Source: Actinomycetota bacterium
Lineage (GTDB): Bacteria; Actinomycetota; AC-67
Direction of reading: 5' to 3'
NCBI GenBank assembly: GCA_020201525.1
Contig: JAIVGO010000012.1
Span: 1 to 53,882 of the forward strand
DNA length: 53,882 nt
The notes under the pieces were generated by a model. It was not told where the DNA came from. It ran no database searches and was given only the letters and a program-made list of their open reading frames with translations. Of this stretch, positions 48,084-53,882 are shown in pieces; the first letter of the stretch is position 1, and each line of letters opens with the position of its first letter. Both the position numbers and the translations under genes were made by a program.

Positions 48084-48869
48084 ATGACGATTTCCTACGC
48101 AGACCGAGGCAGCGGCGACGCCGTTGTGCTTCTGCACGGACAGCCGGGGACCGCGGCCGACTGGGCGCTCGTTGCGGAACGGCTCAGTCCAGAGGTGCGC
48201 GCGATCATTCCCGACCGGCCCGGTTATGGGAAGACCGGAGGCAACCCGGCAGGCATTGCTGAGAATGCGCACGCGGTCATTTCCTTGCTCGACGCGCTCG
48301 ACATCGAAACAGCCACGATCGCCGGTCACAGCTGGGCCGGCGGCGTTGCGCTGGCCGTGGCCCTTCGGCACCCGGAACGCGTGCGATCCATTATTCTCGC
48401 GGCGTCGATCGGGCCCGGTGCGCTGCATCGCGTCGACAAGCTTCTCGGGGTACGGCGGCTCGGCGAGATCGCGGCGTACGGAGCAATGAAAGGAATGGGT
48501 CGCGCGCTCGCCTTCGAGCGCGGAAAGCGATTCTTCTCGCACCGGATGGGAGAGGAAGGACCCGGCCTGCTGGCGGAAGCGTTGCGCGGGAAAGCGTGGC
48601 GAAGCTTCGTCCACGAGCAGCGCGCAATGCTCGAGGAGCTGCCGGAAATCGGGTCGAAGCTCGAATCGATCCACACCCCGGCGCTCGTGGTGATTGGAGA
48701 TCGCGACAAAATCGTTTCGGCCTCCGTCGGTACGGCGCTCGCAGAACGCCTGCCGATATCGGAGCTCGTCGTGGTGCCCGACGCAGGTCACGGGCTTCCT
48801 TTCGAGGCGCCGGCGGCGATGGCGCTAATCGTGGAGCGCGGCATCAAGGCTCCCGGTCTCGCCGTTTGA
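48084..48869 (+). CDS. Alpha/beta hydrolase
   Basis: LLHGQPG, DRPGYG, GHSWAG, GDRD, DAGH. Confidence 0.9.
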   Translation: MTISYADRGSGDAVVLLHGQPGTAADWALVAERLSPEVRAIIPDRPGYGKTGGNPAGIAENAHAVISLLDALDIETATIAGHSWAGGVALAVALRHPERVRSIILAASIGPGALHRVDKLLGVRRLGEIAAYGAMKGMGRALAFERGKRFFSHRMGEEGPGLLAEALRGKAWRSFVHEQRAMLEELPEIGSKLESIHTPALVVIGDRDKIVSASVGTALAERLPISELVVVPDAGHGLPFEAPAAMALIVERGIKAPGLAV

Positions 48870-48895
48870 CGCGTAACTAACCAGTTAGTTACCAT
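48866..48895 (+). promoter_or_regulatory. Housekeeping promoter with TetR operator
   Basis: TTGACG-N18-TACCAT with the perfect inverted repeat GTAACTAAC-CA-GTTAGTTAC (48873-48892) between them. Confidence 0.75.
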
Positions 48896-48903
48896 AGGCG
48901 CCG

Positions 48904-49497
48904 ATGCCGGTTCGCGACGCTATTTCGAGCAAGGAGAAGATCCTTCAGGCGGCATTCACCGAATTCAGCCGTTGCGGCTTCGCCGGTGCGCGGGTGGACG
49001 AGATCGCCGCGCGTGCCGGGGTCAATAAGGCCTTGCTGTACCAGCATTTCGGAGACAAGGAAGCGCTTTTCCGGCTCGTGCTGGAGCGCAAGCTCGCCGA
49101 GCTCGGCGCGCTCGGCGCCGATCCCGACCGCGTCGTCGACGTCGTCGGGGATTTCTTCGACTTTCACGCGAAAAACCCGTGGTTGATCCGGCTGACGTTG
49201 TGGGAGGCTCTCGACTACGGCACGAAATCCGTTCCGAGTGAGCCCGAACGGAAGAAACAGCTGGAGGAGCGCGTTGCAACGCTTCAAGAGGCCCAGCGAC
49301 AAGGCACGGTCGATCCGTTGCTCGATGCGCGTCAGACGTTGTTCACGCTTGTCGGCCTCGTCGCATTCTGGTTCGCCGTTCCGCAGATGGCTCGCATGAC
49401 AACCGATGAACCAAATCCCTACGCACCCGACGCACTTGCGGCCCGGCGCGCGCACGTGATCGACGCTGCTCGGCGCATCTTGGAGGTTAAGCAATGA
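48904..49497 (+). CDS. TetR/AcrR family regulator
   Basis: ILQAAFTEF...GARVDEIAARAGVNKALLYQHFGDKEALF. Confidence 0.95.
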   Translation: MPVRDAISSKEKILQAAFTEFSRCGFAGARVDEIAARAGVNKALLYQHFGDKEALFRLVLERKLAELGALGADPDRVVDVVGDFFDFHAKNPWLIRLTLWEALDYGTKSVPSEPERKKQLEERVATLQEAQRQGTVDPLLDARQTLFTLVGLVAFWFAVPQMARMTTDEPNPYAPDALAARRAHVIDAARRILEVKQ

Positions 49498-51065
49498 CGC
49501 TGTTCGAAGGAGAAAACCGGAGCGAGAAAGTCGTCGTTCTGTTCACGATGGTGTTCGCTTTGTTCATGGCGATGCTCGACAACACCGTCGTGAACGTCGC
49601 CCTGCCGAGGCTGTCTCATGACTTGGGCGCCGGCGTCAGCGGGCTGCAGTGGATCGTCGACGGGTACGTGCTCGCTCTCGCCAGCTTGCTACTGACCGGT
49701 GGCATCCTCGGCGACCGCTTCGGCCGCAAGCGCACGTTTCTGATCGGTCTTGTGACGTTCACGTTCTCGTCGCTGTTGTGCGGTCTGTCGCAGACGACCG
49801 GTCAACTGATCGCTGCGCGCGGCTTGCAGGGAGTAGGCGCGGCTTTGCTCTTGCCGGGAACCCTTTCGATCATCACCGTCACGTTTCCGCCAAAGGAGCG
49901 TGCGAAGGCGATCGGCATTTGGGCCGGCGTTTCCGGTCTGGCCCTCGCACTCGGTCCGACGGTCGGCGGCTGGATGGTCGAGCACGTCGGCTGGGAGTCG
50001 GTGTTCTTCCTCAACGTGCCGATCGGAATCATCGGAACGATCACCGGGCTGCGCACGATTCGCGAGTCGCGGTCCCCGCAGGCCCGTCGGCTGGACGTCG
50101 GTGGCCTTCTGATCGGGACCGCCGGGTTGTTCTCGCTGACGTATGCACTGATTGAAGCCAACCAGCGTGGCTGGGGAGACGGCGTGATCGTGACGACACT
50201 TTTGGCCGGCGGTGTATTGCTTGCGGTGCTCGTTGCCTTCGAGCATCGATCGGCGCATCCTATGATGCCGTTGCAGCTGTTCAGGATTCGCCCGTTTTCG
50301 GCCGGAAATGCAGTCGCGTTCTCGGTGACGCTTGCGATGTTCGGCACGTTCTTCTTCATGAGTCTGTACATGCAGCAGATTCGTGGCTATTCGCCGTTCG
50401 AAGCGGGGCTTCGTTTCGTCCCGATGACCGGCATGATCATTTTCGCGGCGCCGAATGCCGGACGGCTGGCGTCCAAGTACGGCTCACGGTGGCCGATGAC
50501 GCTGGGGCTCACGCTCGCCGGCGCCGGCATGCTGTTGCTGAGCCGGGTCAATGCCGACACTCCGTTCCTGCTCATTCTTCCGGTGCTGATGATGATGGGT
50601 ATCGGCATGGGCTCCACGATGACACCGATGACCGCCGCCGTCATGAACGCCGTCGGCCACGAACGCGCGGGCCTCGGCGGTGCGATGACGAACACGTCGC
50701 GGGAAGTCGGCGGCGTCTTTGGAATCGCGTTGCTGGGTTCGTTGCTCACGACGAAATTGAAGAGCGCGCTTACCGTAAAGCTCGGCGGGCTCGGGTTGGC
50801 CGCCGCGCAGAAGAGCGCGCTCATCGCGACGGCAGGTCACGGCCGGTTCGACCCACAGCTTCTCAAAGGCTTCCGTCCGGAGACTGCGGCGGCCGTGACG
50901 AACGCCTACTCGGACTCGTTCATTGGCGGTTTTCACTTGGCGCTTCTCGTCGCGGCATGCGTGTTGCTGTTTTCCGCGGGGTTGTCGTACATGTTCATTC
51001 CGTCCGGCGCGCCGCACTCAGGCGAGGCGGGTGAGCCGGAGACACTCGCCGCGGTGGCTACCTAG
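49494..51065 (+). CDS. DHA2 (EmrB/QacA) 14-TM MFS efflux pump
   Basis: LDNTVVNVALP, WIVDGY, GDRFGRKR, ARGLQGVG, GPTVGG, WESVFFLNVPIG. Confidence 0.95.
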   Translation: MTLFEGENRSEKVVVLFTMVFALFMAMLDNTVVNVALPRLSHDLGAGVSGLQWIVDGYVLALASLLLTGGILGDRFGRKRTFLIGLVTFTFSSLLCGLSQTTGQLIAARGLQGVGAALLLPGTLSIITVTFPPKERAKAIGIWAGVSGLALALGPTVGGWMVEHVGWESVFFLNVPIGIIGTITGLRTIRESRSPQARRLDVGGLLIGTAGLFSLTYALIEANQRGWGDGVIVTTLLAGGVLLAVLVAFEHRSAHPMMPLQLFRIRPFSAGNAVAFSVTLAMFGTFFFMSLYMQQIRGYSPFEAGLRFVPMTGMIIFAAPNAGRLASKYGSRWPMTLGLTLAGAGMLLLSRVNADTPFLLILPVLMMMGIGMGSTMTPMTAAVMNAVGHERAGLGGAMTNTSREVGGVFGIALLGSLLTTKLKSALTVKLGGLGLAAAQKSALIATAGHGRFDPQLLKGFRPETAAAVTNAYSDSFIGGFHLALLVAACVLLFSAGLSYMFIPSGAPHSGEAGEPETLAAVAT

Positions 51066-51067
51066 CG

Positions 51068-52114
51068 CTACGGCTCGAACGAGGGGTAGTAGTTCTCGTA
51101 GCCGATTTCGCGAACGTCTTTCACCCAATGACCCTCGTAGTAGTCGGTCGGACCTTGCAGCGGATGCGCCATCGACCAAGCTTGACGCTTGTACGTCCAG
51201 TTTTCCGGCTGCAAGCGGTGCGCTTCGCGGAAATGCGGCACTGCGTCGTCGGGCTTCCCGATGCGAATGAGATGCTGTCCGATCTCGAAGTGTGCAGCGG
51301 CGCGCGCCACCTCGGGCGAACGGGCGCTTGAGCGTCCGACAACATGTTCCGGCGTGAGCGCATAACGGCTTTCGGCTCCGTTGGTAGCCCAGTCGCGAAG
51401 CGCCACGGGGTAGAGGTCCATCTGCGGCCTGAATTTCCGCGTTTCTTCGAGCGTCTCTTTCAGATACGGGTCAAGGTCGTCGAGCGATGTTCCTTTGAGC
51501 AGCTCCCGGTACATAGCTTTTCCCGGCCATGCCGGCTCCGGCGGGCGCACGATCATTCCATCTTCGTCGATCCAGATCCACGTAGGGACGTTGACGACGC
51601 CGAACAGCTCGTCCATGACGTGCGCTTGATCGATCAGCGCGGGCCCCTGCGGCTGCGCGTATTCGATAAAGGGCTTCGCCGCATCGATGCCGCCGACGTC
51701 CAGGGCGACCGTGACGATCTCTACGCCCTGCGGGTGAACCTCTCCTCTCAGGCTCTGCCAGACCGGCAGATCAAATCGGCATCCTCACCACGACGCCCAC
51801 GCTAGCAGGACGACTTTCATGCCCCGCATCGCGCTGAGCGTGAATTCGCTTCCCTGCCAGTCCGGCAACGTTAGCTCCGGCGCGACCGCCGATTCCAGAA
51901 CGCGCCATCCGGACTCCGGCCCGACGGCGTAGATGTCGTTCTTTTCATCGTGCACGACCGGCATGCCGAGGCGTTCGGCGACGGCGCGCACATCGAATTC
52001 ACCTTGGGGGAGCGGAACACATCGCTCGTCCTTGCACGCGCCCTGCGGTTTGATGGCCCACCCGGTGCGATTTTCAAATTCGTCGGCGCTTACGTCCAAA
52101 CTCTCTAGGATCAC
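51068..52114 (-). CDS. ResA/TlpA-like redoxin selenoprotein (WASW-U-GC), UGA readthrough at 51785-51787
   Basis: Two track ORFs are in one frame, joined by a single TGA: VVLLAWASW*GCRFDLPVWQ...IVTVALD...MDELFGVVNVPTWIWIDEDG; SECIS-like hairpin downstream. Confidence 0.88.
51754..51770 (-). promoter_or_regulatory. Bacterial SECIS element
   Basis: UCUGCC-GGUCU-GGCAGA hairpin starting 15 nt after the UGA; GGUC apical loop as in the E. coli fdhF SECIS. Confidence 0.72.
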
Positions 52115-52166
52115 GCGCTCACTCTACCTCCCGCAGACTCAGCCCAGATGTCGGGCGTTGTCCCCG

Positions 52167-52212
52167 AACGGCGCACCCGTGCACCTCGGTGCAGATTTGC
52201 ACATCCCTGCAC
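52167..52212 (-). repeat. Intergenic REP-like element, copy 2
   Basis: Reverse complement matches 45792-45837 at 35/46. Confidence 0.55.
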
Positions 52213-52297
52213 GTCTGAACCGATTCTCGCGAGCGCTCGATCGGTTGCAAGGTCCCTTCCCCTGCGGCCGGCGGAGGCTCTTGCGACAACGCCAACC

Positions 52298-53881
52298 TCA
52301 GCCGTCGGCGACGATGTACAGATACCCCTGCCAATCGCCGAACGACGTGTACGTGTAGTTCGTCCTTCCCGCCGATTGCGACGCCACGCTGCCTTCACGG
52401 GCATACGTGTTCCCGCCGTCGCGCGAGCTCCACCCCCCGTCGTCCTCCCAGTACTGAACGTCGAGGTGATACGTCGCCGAATTCAGCATGCGAATTTTCC
52501 AAATGGTCTCGGATTCCACGCTGCCGTTGTTCTTGGCGTCGGTTCCGACGTTCACCCATGCGTTGTCGGCACGTGAGTAGTGCGTACCGGTATCCGGGTC
52601 GCCGCGATAGAACGTGGACGTGAATCCGGCGCGGCCCGCGTGTGCGGTGAATTGCTCCTCACCATTGGTGCCGCAGCATTCGTGGTTGTCAATCACGTAA
52701 GCCTTGTCGAAGCCGAACGTCATGAGGCGGGTCTGACTCGTGTCGGCGGTGGCCCCGTTAACGGAAATACGCAGCGTGTTCGTTCCGCGCTTCGCATCGG
52801 TGGCCGTCGCGGAGTAGTAGTCGAGCCCGTCGATGTCTTCGGACAACATGACGTTGTTGAAGAAGAATGTCGACACGGATTCCTGCCCGCCGCCCCAGCC
52901 GGTGTCGTCTTCCCAGACGCGGACTTTCAAGTCCATCGTCGGCGACGTGCCCGGCAGGTTGATGGCCGTCCACGAGCTCGGGCCTGCGTTACCCCAGCTC
53001 TGCGTGAACGGAGCGTCGCGGTTGTACTGGATTGTGTCACCGGTTGCGAACCCGTCGTTTCCGCCGTTCGCGTCGTAGGAAACTTCGAAACGAAACTCAT
53101 CCGTCGTACCCGCGTCGTGATCTTGAACGACGTTGAAGTATTCGAGACGGATCGTCGCCTGTCCCGCAAGATTGGCGCCGCCGGTCCCAGTCTGTGTCGA
53201 CGTGAACCCGAGCGAGTTGATCGCAATGTCGATCGGCGCATCGTCCGTCCGAAGCCCCGAGTGGTTCGACGCAACGAGATTGTTGTTGCACCCGCTAAGG
53301 AAGGGCGACTCGGCCGGCACGACGCCGTCGAATCCGTGCGTGATGCCGTCGCCGTCGAAGTCCGACTGATAAATCTGACCGTAGCTCGGGTTGCCGCCGA
53401 CACACGTGTAGTACTCGCCGGCCGGCTCGGACGTTCCCATCAGGCTCAGGAACTTCGCTCCCGGGCGCATGTCGCCGCCACTCGAAGTCCAGTTGCCGAA
53501 CACCGGCAGCGTCGAGGGGAACCAGGCGAGAATCGTGCCGTGGTTCGGCGTGCCGAGCATCACGACGTCGTCGATTTGGTTCTTCCACTTCGTGCTGACA
53601 TCGGCGGCGCCGTCGCCGTACCAACCGCTGGTCGAGCTCCAATAATCGACGTCGGCGCCTCCCTTTTCAACAAGGAAGCGCGTCGTGAGCCCGCCCATCG
53701 AATGCGCGATCACGTCGATCTTTTGCGTCGTTGCATAGCCGTTCGCCGTCAGGCAGGAATCGATCTTCGGTTGCAAGATCTTCCCGGCGATGTAGGAGAT
53801 GTGCTGACTGCCGCTCGTCGGTGCATACGACAGCGCCTGCGTTCCGGCCGTCGCGCTGTCGCAATCGAGCACGGTGTAACC
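52298..53881 (-). CDS. Lipase-family alpha/beta hydrolase with two C-terminal beta domains, 5'-truncated
   Basis: IDVIAHSMGG, LGTPNHG, DGVV, NHSGL; two C-terminal repeats ending WEDD.GW; frame open to the window edge. Confidence 0.85.
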   Translation of the reverse strand, partial: GYTVLDCDSATAGTQALSYAPTSGSQHISYIAGKILQPKIDSCLTANGYATTQKIDVIAHSMGGLTTRFLVEKGGADVDYWSSTSGWYGDGAADVSTKWKNQIDDVVMLGTPNHGTILAWFPSTLPVFGNWTSSGGDMRPGAKFLSLMGTSEPAGEYYTCVGGNPSYGQIYQSDFDGDGITHGFDGVVPAESPFLSGCNNNLVASNHSGLRTDDAPIDIAINSLGFTSTQTGTGGANLAGQATIRLEYFNVVQDHDAGTTDEFRFEVSYDANGGNDGFATGDTIQYNRDAPFTQSWGNAGPSSWTAINLPGTSPTMDLKVRVWEDDTGWGGGQESVSTFFFNNVMLSEDIDGLDYYSATATDAKRGTNTLRISVNGATADTSQTRLMTFGFDKAYVIDNHECCGTNGEEQFTAHAGRAGFTSTFYRGDPDTGTHYSRADNAWVNVGTDAKNNGSVESETIWKIRMLNSATYHLDVQYWEDDGGWSSRDGGNTYAREGSVASQSAGRTNYTYTSFGDWQGYLYIVADG

Positions 53882-53882
53882 C

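Noticed and set aside
51068-52114. Two separate genes or a nonsense pseudogene
   Set aside because: The single TGA falls at the redox Cys position in a continuous frame and has a SECIS-like hairpin; Sec readthrough explains it better

Overview
High-GC, actinobacterial-looking window (taxonomy inferred from gene content) with about 46 supportable CDSs and no recognisable rRNA, tRNA, CRISPR array, integrase or transposase. It contains four blocks. (1) Lipid/steroid-type acyl-CoA catabolism genes (three acyl-CoA dehydrogenases, an Ltp2-like thiolase-fold protein with its OB-fold partner, an ADP-forming acyl-CoA ligase, an amidohydrolase and a TPP enzyme), three of whose upstream regions share a CTGAC-N6-GTCA operator. 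(2) An unusual ~17 kb signalling and cell-surface block at 9,995-26,936: a repeat surface protein, a HAMP histidine kinase, two paralogous 6-Cys secreted proteins, a membrane-tailed beta-propeller, a rhomboid protease fused to a P-loop NTPase and TPRs, a Ser/Thr kinase-REC-LuxR fusion, a His-retaining degenerate kinase (ChpT/Spo0B-like), three response regulators and a 1,211-aa subtilase with all catalytic residues replaced. (3) A Liv-type ABC operon with two accessory proteins. (4) Housekeeping and stress genes: lon with a SigR-type promoter, Fpg/Nei, TetR-MFS, and a UGA-readthrough ResA-like selenoprotein with a SECIS hairpin. Ten copies of a Bacillus sigma-H (Spo0H)-like promoter, G(A/C)AGG(A/G)xx-N12/13-xxxGAA, lie upstream of most secreted-protein genes and the rhomboid fusion, which suggests one secretome regulon. 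All assignments come from motif reading by eye; no database searches were run.
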